A stretch of DNA of 64,000 nucleotides, from contig CP128815.1 of the NCBI GenBank assembly GCA_051546255.1, positions 434,001-498,000 of the forward strand, in the 5' to 3' direction. Position numbers and translations under genes: made by a program. Of this stretch, positions 21,046-32,800 are shown piece after piece. The notes below the pieces were generated by a model that was not told where the DNA came from, made no database searches, and saw only the letters and a list, made by a program, of their open reading frames with translations. The DNA is from Meyerozyma guilliermondii (taxonomy: Eukaryota). Every line of letters begins with the position of its first letter. The stretch's first letter is position 1.

Positions 21046-21169
21046 TTTAGAGACTGGAGTGCACCAAACTGAAAAAGCGGTTTGGCCTAGTTTGAGATTT
21101 GGACAATGAGATTTTGGTGCGACAGTGAATTTTGACTGTGAGTTTTCGCGCACTCTTCATCTCTCCACC

Positions 21170-22356
21170 ATGTCGAAACGTAAGTATTTGTTTTCAGCAC
21201 TCCCAGCGTCCCACTAACCCCAGAACCTTCCGTGGACTATTCCGTCGCCAACCCCGACGTCATCACCAAATATAAGACCGCAGGAGACATTTCCAGCCGG
21301 GTTTTGGACCAGGTGAAAAAACAGGTGGTGGCCGGTGCCAAGGTGTTTGACTTGTGCAAAGCCGGAGATGCTTTGATGGAGGAAGAATTGGCCAAGATAT
21401 ACAACAGCAAGAAAGCTGCCAAGATTTCCAAGGGAATTGCCTTTCCTACGTGTGTGAACCCCAACCAAATTCCCGGCCATTTTTCACCAGTCAGTGACGA
21501 TGACGAAGCAAACTGGACTTTGAAGGACGGAGACGTTGTCAATGTGATGTTGGGGGTCCAGATTGACGGGTTCCCAGCCATTGTGGCCGATACTACCGTG
21601 GTTTCCGGAGAGTCGAAGGTGACTGGTCAGAAGGCTGATTTGCTCCATGCTGCTTGGCTTGCTTCTGAAGCTGCTATCAGAACATTCAAGCCTAACAATC
21701 GTAACTGGGACGTAACCAATGTCGTGGACAAGGTGGTGAAGGATTTTGGATGCACGGCAGTGGAAAGTATGCTCACCCATAACCAAGAACGTAATGTGTT
21801 GTATGGCCCCAAAGAAGTCATTTTGAACCCCAATAAGGAAAACAAAAACCAGATGGACACCCACCGGTTCGAGGTCAACGAGGTTTACGGGTTGGATGTG
21901 TTGGTTTCCACGTCTGAAGACGGAAAAGTGAAGCCTTCCAATTTCAAGACGTCGTTGTACAAATTGACTGGAAACTCGTATGCGTTGAAGTTGAAGTCGT
22001 CGCACCAGATTTTGGGAGAGCTTAAGGCCAAGAGCAACGGTCCCTTTCCCTACAACGTGAGAAACCTCGACGATGCCAGAAAAGCCCGCATGGGGTTGAT
22101 CGAGTGTGTCAACCACCAGGTGGTTTTGGCGTACGATATCATGACAGAAAAGGAAGGAGAGTATGTTGCGCAATTCTTCACCACCTTTGCCATTACCCCC
22201 AACGGAATCGTCAAGTTTACTCACCCAACATTTAACTCAGAGGTCTACGAAACCGACAAGACCATTGGCGACGAAGAAATCAAAAATTTGATCAGCGAGC
22301 CACTCAAAAAGTCTGCCAAAAAGAAAAAGGCCAAGAAGAACGACAGTGCTGCGTAA
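21170..22356 (+). CDS. PA2G4/Ebp1/Cdb4-like M24-fold protein; spliced, exon 1 21170-21179 and exon 2 21224-22356
   Basis: VITKYKTAGDI, KGIAFPT.VN, HFSP, LGVQIDGF, Y.LKLKSS, VAQFFTT, Lys-rich tail; splicing joins ATG TCG AAA C|AA CCT TCC GTG in frame. Confidence 0.9.
21180..21223 (+). other. 44-nt spliceosomal intron
   Basis: GTAAGT donor, CACTAAC branch point (21212-21218), CAG acceptor; removal supplies an ATG in frame with the GTG-started ORF. Confidence 0.88.
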
Positions 22357-22501
22357 TGGCCCCTGTCTCTACTTGCTAAATACACTCACTTACTAGATAC
22401 TGTAGGACCCAACTCTGGGAAACTATTTGAATTTTCGCAAATTCGCATCTTTTTCGTTCAACATCCGTCTACTCTCTGCTAGTTCTTTGCCCAGCTCCAG
22501 C

Positions 22502-24631
22502 ATGCAAGCTGACGCCAGCGAGTCTCCCGACACGTCCCAGGACAATAGCTATATGGCAAATAAGGACAATTTTTCCCGGGACGTTCACGAAAATTTCCAC
22601 CAAAATTTCCACCAAGATCTTCATCCACAAATGCATTCACCACATGATTATTCCTTAGAGAAGTCCAAAAGACCGTACACGAAAAGACAAAAGGGCCAGC
22701 AGCCAAAGAGAAAGTCTTCTCGACTCATAGACAAGGATAGTGAGCCCAAATTAACCCTTCAACCAAGTTTAGCCATAACCGAGAAGACCAACCAAGTTGA
22801 CGAAAATCTTATAAAAGGGGTCATACGGCGTGGTGGAGAACATGTCTTCGTCGAGCCATCCGTAGCGGAACCGCAGGCGGTGTATACGGGGTTCCCGCTC
22901 GAAGTTCCGCCTCCAGCAAAGGCTATGAAAAGTAGTCGAGGCGGTCGAAAAGGTGTGTCAGGACGAGCAGTTACTCCCGATAGTGACCTCGAGGAGAGAC
23001 AAAAGTACTACCAGAGCCAGCTAGCACGAGAAGCAAAGCCAGAGCCCAGTTCTTTGCGGATAAAATTCAAGCCTTTGAGTCCGCCCGAGACCAAAAAGCG
23101 TCGCAAAAGAACTCACAACAAATTGGAAACGCCCAAGCAGCCCACCAGGGGCTCGTCAGTGACTCCAGCACTGGAGGGACGTCGCCTGATCCGAGGGTCG
23201 AAGCGGATAAAGGTGATCTCGCCCAAAAAACATGCCGCTACAAATCTCGCTCCGTCGTCCAACGGCACCATTACCGCAGCCGCCAGCGAGAGCGAACAGA
23301 CGGGCGACAACGACGACTTCTGTAGTACGTGTGGAGGTTCTGGCGTGTTCATATGCTGTGATTCCTGTCCCAAATCGTTCCATTTTCTCTGCTGTGATCC
23401 GCCTATTGAAGAGTGTCCCGAAGATAACTGGAACTGTCGAGAATGTACTTCCAAGAACAACCCACGACCCACGTTCAACTACTTGGGTCTTTTCGGCCAG
23501 CTTGTCAACCACATCGTCAACAAGGACCCTGCTGAGTTCCAGCTTCCCAAACGGCTTCGAGAATCGTTTGTTGGTGTAGCTACCGACGAGGACGGCTCGT
23601 ACACCGACGACCGGTTCAAACCCGAAATGTCCTTTAGTAAAAGAAACGGCTCTCAAATTCCTGGGTTCAATCGTGACGAGAATCTCGAAGTAGACTCGCT
23701 CTACGATAAAGATGGTCAACCACTTCTCTGCTACAAATGCAAGGAATCTGGACTTCCAAAGTCAAGAAATGGATGGAGAACAATGACATGCTGCGACTAC
23801 TGTGGCACATACTGGCACCTAGATTGCTTAAGCGAACCCATGTGTGTTGCCAAGACCATGGGAAGCAAGTGGATGTGCCCCAATCACGCCGACCAGCTTC
23901 TCCCCAACTACGTTTCCACCAGAAGATTCAAGGACGCTACCGTGGTCGACGCTAGCATGCACAACCATTTTGTCAAGATAGCCACCTACAATTCTTTCCA
24001 CATCAAGTATCGTGACCAGCTGTATATAAATGACGATATGAATGGGTCGGTGGCTCTTCAGGACTACCTCCGGTCTGAAGCTGGCGACGCCAAGGGCCAG
24101 GACAACCCCAACACTCAAGATGGAGATGTTCATCCCGACTTTAAGATTCCCGATCATTTGCAAACTTATGCTGGAGCCGGGGGAATCTACGCCAAGAGCG
24201 GAAAAAGGCTCAAGAAAGTGTTAACGTTGACCAACGAAGAGCAAATGGGCTCATTCGTTTATCGGGTTCCAGAAGAACTGATTCTTCTTGATTTTTTCAC
24301 AAAAGTGAACAAGTCGAAAAAGGCAGATATTCTTCGCAATTTGCAGCCTTACGAGGACATGAGTCGCTTGGAAACGAATGAAAGCGAGCGGGACGGCGTC
24401 TTGGGTCTCATAGATTTTCGACAAGTGCAGAGCATGGAAAAGAAAGACAAGTCGATTGACTTTGCGGAGTTGGTGGAGGTCGCTACCAGCCAGCTACAAT
24501 CGGAAAATTTTCAAAAGTTCTCAAAAAAAGACAAACAGCTCACTGAAGACGAGATCAGCGAGTTGGTGCAAATCAAGAAACTCATGCAAATCAAGGGCAA
24601 GAACCAGTTGATGGAGTTTTTGACTAGCTGA
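22502..24631 (+). CDS. RCO1: Double PHD-finger Rpd3S subunit, Rco1-like
   Basis: NDDFCSTCGGSGVFICCDSCPKSFHFLCCDPP...WNCREC; second PHD CYKC...CDYC...WHLDCL...KWMCPNH. Confidence 0.85.
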   Translation: MQADASESPDTSQDNSYMANKDNFSRDVHENFHQNFHQDLHPQMHSPHDYSLEKSKRPYTKRQKGQQPKRKSSRLIDKDSEPKLTLQPSLAITEKTNQVDENLIKGVIRRGGEHVFVEPSVAEPQAVYTGFPLEVPPPAKAMKSSRGGRKGVSGRAVTPDSDLEERQKYYQSQLAREAKPEPSSLRIKFKPLSPPETKKRRKRTHNKLETPKQPTRGSSVTPALEGRRLIRGSKRIKVISPKKHAATNLAPSSNGTITAAASESEQTGDNDDFCSTCGGSGVFICCDSCPKSFHFLCCDPPIEECPEDNWNCRECTSKNNPRPTFNYLGLFGQLVNHIVNKDPAEFQLPKRLRESFVGVATDEDGSYTDDRFKPEMSFSKRNGSQIPGFNRDENLEVDSLYDKDGQPLLCYKCKESGLPKSRNGWRTMTCCDYCGTYWHLDCLSEPMCVAKTMGSKWMCPNHADQLLPNYVSTRRFKDATVVDASMHNHFVKIATYNSFHIKYRDQLYINDDMNGSVALQDYLRSEAGDAKGQDNPNTQDGDVHPDFKIPDHLQTYAGAGGIYAKSGKRLKKVLTLTNEEQMGSFVYRVPEELILLDFFTKVNKSKKADILRNLQPYEDMSRLETNESERDGVLGLIDFRQVQSMEKKDKSIDFAELVEVATSQLQSENFQKFSKKDKQLTEDEISELVQIKKLMQIKGKNQLMEFLTS

Positions 24632-24654
24632 ATGATGCATTTACTATGGGCTAT

Positions 24655-25110
24655 TTACAATTCCTCACCGGCATGTTTCACGACGGGGATCTCTTCCTTG
24701 GGCACTGCCTTTGCCTCCGAGAGCGCTACAAGCTCCTTGAGAATTTTGTTTGAGTGCTTGTTGCTGCAATCAAGCTCTTGAACCGAGCCATCGGCATGAT
24801 GAAGTATTATCTTTGTGGGACACTTGGCCAAGTCCTCCTTGGTTTTGGTGGCTATTCTGGTGAGTACGAAGTCTACGTCGTCGTTGTGGAATTTGAGAGT
24901 GGGGAGATTCTGTCTCCAAAACCGACGAAGTCCAAAAGCCGGTGCAAAGACGTTTTTCTGGATGAGCAAAAGTTCGATTTTTGTGTACTTTGGATCGAAT
25001 TTGTAAGCTGTTTGAGGCGTTCCGGCGATCTGGTTTAGCCTCGCCGCCTGTTTCCATGTCCTGGAACTGGGAAGGCCCTTGAACATGGCAGTGCTTCCTA
25101 CCTTGGCCAT
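24655..25110 (-). CDS. MRP49: Mitochondrial large-subunit ribosomal protein mL61/Mrp49
   Basis: GLRRFWRQNLPTLKFHN motif of the L51/S25/CI-B8 domain. Confidence 0.8.
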   Translation of the reverse strand: MAKVGSTAMFKGLPSSRTWKQAARLNQIAGTPQTAYKFDPKYTKIELLLIQKNVFAPAFGLRRFWRQNLPTLKFHNDDVDFVLTRIATKTKEDLAKCPTKIILHHADGSVQELDCSNKHSNKILKELVALSEAKAVPKEEIPVVKHAGEEL

Positions 25111-25160
25111 GATTGAAACAGTTGAAAATTTCGAGGCACAAAAAAAGTCGCGAATGTGCG

Positions 25161-25176
25161 CACGTGACTTGACTCA
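25161..25176. promoter_or_regulatory. Adjacent Cbf1 E-box (CACGTGAC) and Gcn4 site (TGACTCA) upstream of ARG7
   Basis: Exact motifs ~50 bp upstream of an arginine-biosynthesis gene. Confidence 0.6.
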
Positions 25177-25223
25177 TAGATAAGCTCAAGTTTAAATTTT
25201 CCTTGGGACAATTTGTGAAAAAT

Positions 25224-26534
25224 ATGGTTGTCAACAAAGGTATTCGATTACTATCCACCAAGGCTGCGAGATTTGTACCCTCGGGGGGTGTGTATCCCAA
25301 AGGGTTTGTGGTTGGAGGCATTCACTGTGGAGTGAAAAAGGACGGAAAGTCGCCAGATTTGGCAGTTTTGCACAACACTTTTGGCCAGGATGCCAATGCT
25401 GCCGCTGTATTTACGAAGAATAAGTTCAAAGCAGCTCCTGTGCAAGTGCTGGCAGCCACAATCAAGCAAAAAAATGGCGTGGGTATCAATTCCATCATCG
25501 TGAACAGTGGGAATGCCAATGCTGTTACAGGTCAAAAAGGTATGGAAGATGCCAGAGCCATGGCTATGGTTACGGATTCTGTGTTTGGGGACCATAAGGA
25601 CTCTACCTTGGTGATGTCTACTGGAGTTATTGGAAACAAGCTTCCAATTGATAATATACTATCAGGTATACCCAAATTGGAACTGCAAGTAGGTGACTCC
25701 CACGACCACTGGTTAGCCTGTGCCAATGCAATTTGCACTACTGATACGTTTCCCAAGCTTGTTAGCAAGAGTTTTGAGATCAATGGCAACACATATACCA
25801 TGGCTGGTGTGGCCAAAGGCGCCGGTATGATATGTCCTAACATGGCCACATTATTGGGATTTTTCGTCACAGATGCTCCTGTTTCCGCCAAAGCTCTCCA
25901 GCAAATCTTGTCGTATGCCACAGATAGATCGTTCAACAGCATTTCTGTCGATGGAGACATGTCCACCAACGACACGATTGTGGCCATTGCCAATGGAGCT
26001 GCTGGAGGTGACTTGATCGACAACAATTCGTCATGTGCGGAGTCTTACTTTGAGCTTCAGAAGGAGGTGACATCTTTTGCTCAAAAATTAGCACAATTGG
26101 TTGTTCGCGATGGTGAAGGTGCGACGAAATTCATCACCTTGAAAGTCAAAGATGCTCTTTCATACAAAGACGCCAAGTCCATTGCTTCCTCAATTGCCAA
26201 TTCCTCCTTGTTTAAGACCGCCATGTTCGGCAAAGATGCCAATTGGGGCCGTATTTTGTGTGCCATTGGCTACTCTGACGTCAGCACTGCTCAGTCCATT
26301 ATTCCCGACAGAACAAGTGTAACTTTTGTCCCCACAGACGGCCTGGAACCATTGCCTTTACTTGTAGATGGCGAGCCTGAGTCTGTGGATGAAGCACGGG
26401 CAGCGCAGATTCTTGAGTTGGAAGACCTCGAAATCGAAATTGACCTCGGAACTGGAGGAGGCCAGGAAGCCAAATTCTGGACCTGTGACCTCAGTCACGA
26501 GTACGTTACCATCAACGGCGACTACCGGTCGTGA
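25224..26534 (+). CDS. ARG7: Ornithine acetyltransferase (ArgJ family), mitochondrial
   Basis: [78 protein letters not shown]. Confidence 0.97.
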   Translation: MVVNKGIRLLSTKAARFVPSGGVYPKGFVVGGIHCGVKKDGKSPDLAVLHNTFGQDANAAAVFTKNKFKAAPVQVLAATIKQKNGVGINSIIVNSGNANAVTGQKGMEDARAMAMVTDSVFGDHKDSTLVMSTGVIGNKLPIDNILSGIPKLELQVGDSHDHWLACANAICTTDTFPKLVSKSFEINGNTYTMAGVAKGAGMICPNMATLLGFFVTDAPVSAKALQQILSYATDRSFNSISVDGDMSTNDTIVAIANGAAGGDLIDNNSSCAESYFELQKEVTSFAQKLAQLVVRDGEGATKFITLKVKDALSYKDAKSIASSIANSSLFKTAMFGKDANWGRILCAIGYSDVSTAQSIIPDRTSVTFVPTDGLEPLPLLVDGEPESVDEARAAQILELEDLEIEIDLGTGGGQEAKFWTCDLSHEYVTINGDYRS

Positions 26535-26662
26535 CGAAAGACGAATGGCCATGAACTGAAAGAAAAATGACCGATATAAAAGTGAAGGTTTAGACTGCAT
26601 ATACCAACCGTTATACTTCATAAGTTCAAATCTCAACTCTAAATCTCAATCACCTCTCCACC

Positions 26663-27991
26663 ATGCCAGACGATTCCTGTCTCATATCGGACTTGCCCTA
26701 TGTCGAGTTATCCCAGGGAGTGTACAAGGACGTCTATGGGCTTCTTGTAGGAATAAAAATGGATACGGCACCCAAACCTTTAAGACTCGCAATTACTGAT
26801 TTTACCATGAACGAAAAGATAGGTTTGTATAACGCGATGGACCTTCCTGGAGGTCACTTGGACGCGTTGCAAGTGTTCCAGGTGGACGCTTATGTCAATA
26901 GATTCCAGGTGTTTTTCCAAATGTACCGAAATGTGTTCAGAGAGGAACTCTTAGAGCACGGGTCCACCTCCGAAGATATGATTCCATTGTTTCACCAGCT
27001 CTGCTTGGTCAAGGTACGGGTTCAATTGAAGAAATACGACGACATATTGGAAGGGAGACTTGTGAATATAGCTTTGGCGGATGGAAACTTGCGACACCAG
27101 AATTGGTCTCGAATACTTGTTCAACTAAATCAACTTTACCCACAATTAATTCATGAAAACCAAACAAGATTCGATATGGTCAACCGTCTACTTGGAAACC
27201 CTGTGCTGAAAACCACTGAAACCTCGCTGTCGGAGCTGGTGGTCAACAGAACCGAACAACCAGCACAGTCGCAAATCAAGCTCGAAGCCGCTGCCGAAGC
27301 GGAGTCCTTACAATTTCCAGACCGCCAGCCCACTCCACCTCTACACTCTACGGGGTCGTCTCAGGACCCTAGTGACAGCGATAATGACGATAATGATGAA
27401 ATACACCACATTTCTTTCGACAATGCTCAGCAAGCCTACAATACAGCCCAGTCCAACATTTCCACAAACAGCTCTGTCGTCGAAACCGAGGTGCCTGCCA
27501 GTAACCACCGCGCCATAGTAGAGGATGTAGTCCCCCTGTGGACGGTCTCTCGTCTTTTAAGCGCCAAGGAAGAGGACGTCGCTGGCCGCACTATAACCGT
27601 CAATGCGTTTGTAGTGGCTACGATTCCAGACGACTGGACGCTTGTTTGTGGAAAGCAGTACTTCCAGTCGCGAGGAAATAGCGTGGAGTTGGGAGATCCG
27701 TTCTACAGATCGTTGGAAATAATAATTTCAGATCACCGACCCCATTCGCAAGTTCTCGACCCAGAAACTGCTCTTTCCGTGAGACTACAAGACGACGATT
27801 TGGAGCTGTTTTTCAACAACGCTTCCGTCGAGTACAACTATACCCACATGGGCGGCCAAGCAGCTACATTGAAGTACCCAGACGAGCCATTGCAATTGCA
27901 TCTATACAGAAAAGACGTGAAGATTTCCTACAACATGTCGATGCCGATGTGGTCGGCCCGCGGCTTGTACATGAACGATCTCGTTGGCTAA
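26663..27991 (+). CDS. CDC13: Short-form telomere ssDNA-binding protein Cdc13 (DBD OB fold plus C-terminal OB fold)
   Basis: N-terminus aligns by eye with the S. cerevisiae Cdc13 DBD as I recall it (VYGLLVG..D.P..L.ITDFT.N; FQVDAYVNRF..F; LVKVRVQLKKY...L); acidic linker; second OB-like domain. Confidence 0.75.
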   Translation: MPDDSCLISDLPYVELSQGVYKDVYGLLVGIKMDTAPKPLRLAITDFTMNEKIGLYNAMDLPGGHLDALQVFQVDAYVNRFQVFFQMYRNVFREELLEHGSTSEDMIPLFHQLCLVKVRVQLKKYDDILEGRLVNIALADGNLRHQNWSRILVQLNQLYPQLIHENQTRFDMVNRLLGNPVLKTTETSLSELVVNRTEQPAQSQIKLEAAAEAESLQFPDRQPTPPLHSTGSSQDPSDSDNDDNDEIHHISFDNAQQAYNTAQSNISTNSSVVETEVPASNHRAIVEDVVPLWTVSRLLSAKEEDVAGRTITVNAFVVATIPDDWTLVCGKQYFQSRGNSVELGDPFYRSLEIIISDHRPHSQVLDPETALSVRLQDDDLELFFNNASVEYNYTHMGGQAATLKYPDEPLQLHLYRKDVKISYNMSMPMWSARGLYMNDLVG

Positions 27992-28917
27992 TTGAGTTGG
28001 TCAGCTGCATAGGTGCTCATACTGGTGTCGACTCCCGTCATACACCGAACAACTTCAGAGACCTGCCATGGAAGGCCACGGTAAAAAGGCAACAAATTGG
28101 TATAAAGCGGCCAGCGTACTTCGCCTCTCTGGCCCATAAGAATGGCTGTGACGATTCCTGCTGCCACATCCGTAGGTTCAAGCTGCGGAGCTATCCACGA
28201 CGGAGTGTGGACACCCAGAAACATCCCGGTCCGAATTTGACCAGGACAAATTAATAGCGTTTTGATTCCTCGGGGACTGGTCGACGGAGGTCCCAATTCG
28301 TACGTGAGCGACTCGTGCAATGCTATAAGTCCTGCTTTACTAGCACCGTAAGCAGAAAGCTGGGCGGGAGACATGTATCCCAATACCGATGCGACGGTGA
28401 CGATATAGCCTCGATGCTCCGCTATCATATCAGGAAGAAAAGCCTTCACGGTATAGAAACAGGCGGTCAAATTGACCGCTATAATGTGTTCGATTTCTTC
28501 AAATGTCAAATCAAGCACATTTTTTCCACTGGTAATTCCGGCATTGTTCACAAGAACGGTCACAATCCCAACATCCTTGAAGATTTTCTTTTGGCACTCC
28601 AAAACCTGGTTCTTGTCGCTCACGTCGCACTGATAGAAGTATAATCCTTCTCTTTCCGGCGGTGGCTGGACATCCATAACCACTACTACGCCTTGCAACT
28701 TGATCACCTGACAAGCTAACTCCCATCCCAACCCATGGGATCCACCAGTCACAAGTACAACATCCATTTTTGGGTCGTACCGGTGTCCGAGAAAGCGGGA
28801 TGAAAGCACCCCAAGCCCATTGCTAGCACGACATGCAAATGAAACGATCGACTCCGGATCCATAGACCTACTTTTGGGTGCAAAAACCTTTAATCTAACA
28901 GACTGCACACAAGCCAT
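27988..28917 (-). CDS. Short-chain dehydrogenase/reductase (retinol dehydrogenase/Tda5-like)
   Basis: LVTGGSHGLG, LVNNAGI, YGASK; the start may instead be 28863. Confidence 0.9.
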   Translation of the reverse strand: MACVQSVRLKVFAPKSRSMDPESIVSFACRASNGLGVLSSRFLGHRYDPKMDVVLVTGGSHGLGWELACQVIKLQGVVVVMDVQPPPEREGLYFYQCDVSDKNQVLECQKKIFKDVGIVTVLVNNAGITSGKNVLDLTFEEIEHIIAVNLTACFYTVKAFLPDMIAEHRGYIVTVASVLGYMSPAQLSAYGASKAGLIALHESLTYELGPPSTSPRGIKTLLICPGQIRTGMFLGVHTPSWIAPQLEPTDVAAGIVTAILMGQRGEVRWPLYTNLLPFYRGLPWQVSEVVRCMTGVDTSMSTYAADQLN

Positions 28918-28971
28918 TTTATTCGCGAGACTTCACCTAAATATTACGTCAGGCGAATTATCCAACGGACC

Positions 28972-29874
28972 ATGTCTGTTTCCCGCCCCAATGTGCTTCG
29001 AGTCAAGCGGAAAAGAGGTCAGGATCCTCTCCAGGCGCTCGTGCTTGAGAATGTTCCCGCTTCCAAACGTTCAAAACAAAACACCCCTGCCAATTCGAGA
29101 CCAGGTACTCCATTGAGAACTACCCCAACTTCCGGGGGTAGCAGCTACTACCTCTTGGCCCTGGCCGGGACCTCGGAATTAGCTGGCGATGCGGTCTTCT
29201 CAGTACTCGCTGAAGACGTGGGGGCCCTGAAAAAACGAAAATTTTACCTTCCAAAATCGCTGTGGGAGGACCCAGCAGTTCCCGATGAGCTCTCAGATAT
29301 GGTACAGTCTTTTTTGGATGTCAATGGCTCCGAAAACAATTCCAGTCATAAACGAAGGACAAGAAACCGTAAGGAAAATGCTGAGAATTCTGCTCCTGTT
29401 GAAATTCCTAGCGAATATGTTTATGATACCTACCACCTTTCGGAACCGATGACATCGGCCAACCATCCTCAATCCCAGATCGGTTACGTTCGTTTTTTCG
29501 ACGAGGAAAACGACTTGTACCAGTCCGATGAGGAAGACGATACGGCCCATAAGGTGTATTCCGACGACGAGGATTCCAATGCTGAATCTTTCTACCAAAA
29601 CGATTATCCCAGCGACGAAGATGCCGAGGGTTTGGACCCAGAAGTGATACTTCAGGATGGAGAAGAGGCACCAGACGAGCTCGGAAATACCGATGAACTT
29701 TACGAAAACTTCTTTCATGGCGACGATAGCCCAGTAAACTTTGTTGAAGATGGGTCTGAAAGCGAACACGAGCAATTTGAACGACAACGGTTTTTCGCCC
29801 ATGACGAAGACGACGAAGTGGCATTGCACCGTGATAAGATTTTCGGCAAATTGCAACGTATGATTGACGAATGA
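28972..29874 (+). CDS. IWR1: RNA polymerase II nuclear import factor Iwr1
   Basis: P.VLRVKRKR.QDPLQAL.LE, YVYDTY, DDEDSNAESFYQNDYP. Confidence 0.9.
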   Translation: MSVSRPNVLRVKRKRGQDPLQALVLENVPASKRSKQNTPANSRPGTPLRTTPTSGGSSYYLLALAGTSELAGDAVFSVLAEDVGALKKRKFYLPKSLWEDPAVPDELSDMVQSFLDVNGSENNSSHKRRTRNRKENAENSAPVEIPSEYVYDTYHLSEPMTSANHPQSQIGYVRFFDEENDLYQSDEEDDTAHKVYSDDEDSNAESFYQNDYPSDEDAEGLDPEVILQDGEEAPDELGNTDELYENFFHGDDSPVNFVEDGSESEHEQFERQRFFAHDEDDEVALHRDKIFGKLQRMIDE

Positions 29875-29895
29875 TGATTCTATGTACAGCTAAGA

Positions 29896-32800
29896 CTAAC
29901 TGAAGAAGTACTTGCTCTTTATCACATCTTCGATCTGCAAATCTCCCCTCTGTGGAGCCTCAAGAAGCCTTACTCTTGTGAAAACCGGAGTCCAGGTTTT
30001 AATACCTATGGAGCCATTTTTCACCTTGGTGGGATCGTCATATTGCATAAGTTTGCCAGCCATTTGGTGGTACAATTTCGGTTTGTACTTTTGGAGCAAT
30101 TCTTCCACCTGAGAATTGTCGGCTAATTCTCGTCTGAGAGCCCTATTGGTGCCGCTACTGGTGTGTCTATTTTTGAGTCCCCGAAGCACAACCAATTCCC
30201 GAACTAAAGACGCATTGGATTCATTTTCAAGCCAGACTAGCTGGTATGAGTTCCGAACGGTATTTTGCATATCCTCCAACAACGACTCGACAATGGGAGC
30301 AGAATAGAGTCTGGCAAACTCTTCCCTGATTATCGTCGATAACCGTTCAATGTCTCTCGAATGGGTCCAAAAAGAATCATGAACAGCCACAAACGCTATA
30401 TCTTCCGCCTTCGCTGCCAAACAAGTCATGAACATATGTACAGAGTCAAGCGAGTGGATAAAGTTGGGTGCAACTCCGTTCAATTGACGCTGGATATCCA
30501 CCGGCGAAGGTTTTGTCCATTTCTGAAGAGAGAACCTTTGCAATGATGTTTCCAAGATCTGTCGTTGAGGCTTGAGGTAGATTTGTACAACAGGAAAGCC
30601 ACTAACTGAAGTCCACATCATGGGCCGGTAAAACTTGTTGAGGAAAAAGTCCACCTCGATATTTTCCGACTCCAACGAAACCAAAGTTGCTTCATCCCAC
30701 GACGAAATGATCCTATAGCAGTTGAGAAGTAACCAGTCCTGTAGCCTTCTGGCACCACTGAAGAGCTCGGAGATGGAATCCAACACCATTTTTGAAAGAT
30801 AGAGGGCGATTTTATTTTGGTGAGTTTTGACCTCTTCTCGAATTTTAGGTTCTAGCTTATCGGCCAGGTCTATGACATCACTGATCCTGTTTCTTATCTG
30901 TGCTGCTGCTCCAAATGCCGTTACTCCATAAACACTGGTCATTACGGTTTGTTTTATGAGTTTTCTGGAGAGTAGATGTTTGGCCAATGAAGATGTAATA
31001 TTGGGTTCGTCAGCTTCACTCTTGAGTACCTTTTGAGTTACTATCTCCAACACCGCAGAGTACACATCCTGACGTACACCATTATCTTTTTCACTCGGCA
31101 TTACATTCACAGATTGGGCCCCCAATTTATCCGCTCCAAGTGCAGCATAGTGCTGAAGACCATTACACGAACCATCCAAAGAAATTGGAAGTCGACAAGG
31201 ATAGTCGTGGACACTTTTTCCTTCGGCGATATACTTTTGAAGCTTTGCAAATTCAAAACACATTGCTAGGGTTTGCCAGGGCTTTTCAGCTTTCTGCCAC
31301 CAAACTTCACCAAACGGATTTTGTGCACATTTCAAAATAGTTTCCATGTTATCAGCAACAAACTTTAACCTGCCATCAAGGCTCAACTTGTCCATGCCAT
31401 AATGTGCTGCTAATTGGTAACGGAGCCATTTATCTCCATCAGGTCCCAAGGGCTTAGAATGCCAAAATGTTAGTAAAGATCTCACGAGATCACTTTGATA
31501 ATGAGAGAGGACAGATACCATAGGGTATGCCCGGCTACGGAAATCAAGTTGGTGAGGAAGATACACCATATCTCCATTAGCACCAAATGCTCGAGCTGCC
31601 TTGAGTAGCGTTTCCAACTCCACACGAAGACCTTTCAAGTTGTGGAATTCCTGCAACCTTTTTTCTCGTTCTTTCTTGACGTTTTTCAATGCAATATAAT
31701 ATTCCGTTTCCGAACCAAAATCTTTCCGTGATGGGTTTGGAGGAATATTAACTTCCATGGATGATACTGGTGGTACTATATTCAACATTCCATCGCTGCG
31801 TTGCATTGCACTTGAAAATACCTCTAGCATAGACAAGTTGACCGCCCAAGCCTGGGAGCCAAGATAGTCAAGGCCCTTGAAAGTGGACTGTAGCTGACTG
31901 GTACGGTTTGCTAGGCGAAGATATTGCAAGGATTTTTCAGTAAAATCAGAGTGCAAAATTGGCTGCAAATCTCCAAGGTACCCACCTTCGTCTGGAGAAG
32001 TCCAGTTACGAGCGGGAACTAACATGGGAAGCAAAATGGATGTTGTTTCCGGCATTTCTTGTCTGCCTTTAAAATCATACACAAGAAACGGATGTGGAAC
32101 TATGGTGCCAACTTGGCGATATGAGGTTGAATCCGGCGACTTGATCATCAGAAGAATAAATGCTTGATTCTTGGAGAATGCACCCTTGGAGTCCAAGAGA
32201 TAATGGGTGTTTTTAGGAAACGATTTGTACACTAGTTGTGGTGGAATAGTACAATTTTCAATGGCCAACTTGACCAAATGGGAGAAGAGCCTTATACCAT
32301 CTTCTTTTGTGAAAACAGTGAAAAAATGTTTGCGAAAATTAGCAAACTCTGGCTGGGAAATTACAAGATGATTAAAAGAGTTCACGATTTTCTCCACCAC
32401 TCGAAACAGCTTAGCGTACCCTTTATCTGCTCGAACACAGAGCGAGTGGATGGTGTTGACAACAACAGTGCATATTGTAGGTTTAGGAATTAGTTCAAGT
32501 ATACCGGAATATGTGTGTAACACTTCGTCACTAGAGTGAGCTATTGCGTTCTCCAACTCCTTTGTCCACATATCAATCAAAAGTGAATGGGGATTTCGTT
32601 TCAGAACCGCTCGTTTTACCAACGAGGTGCAGTGTGCTTCCACATAGAGTTGTCGCTGTGTATTATGGGCCAAATACTCGGACATGAATTGTTCCTTTTC
32701 TGCCGGTGAAAGTTCCTGGTAAATTTGATACATAGGTTCCTCGGTTCCATATTTCAGAAACCTTGTAGACGATATATAGTCACACAAGTCCTTAAAGTTC

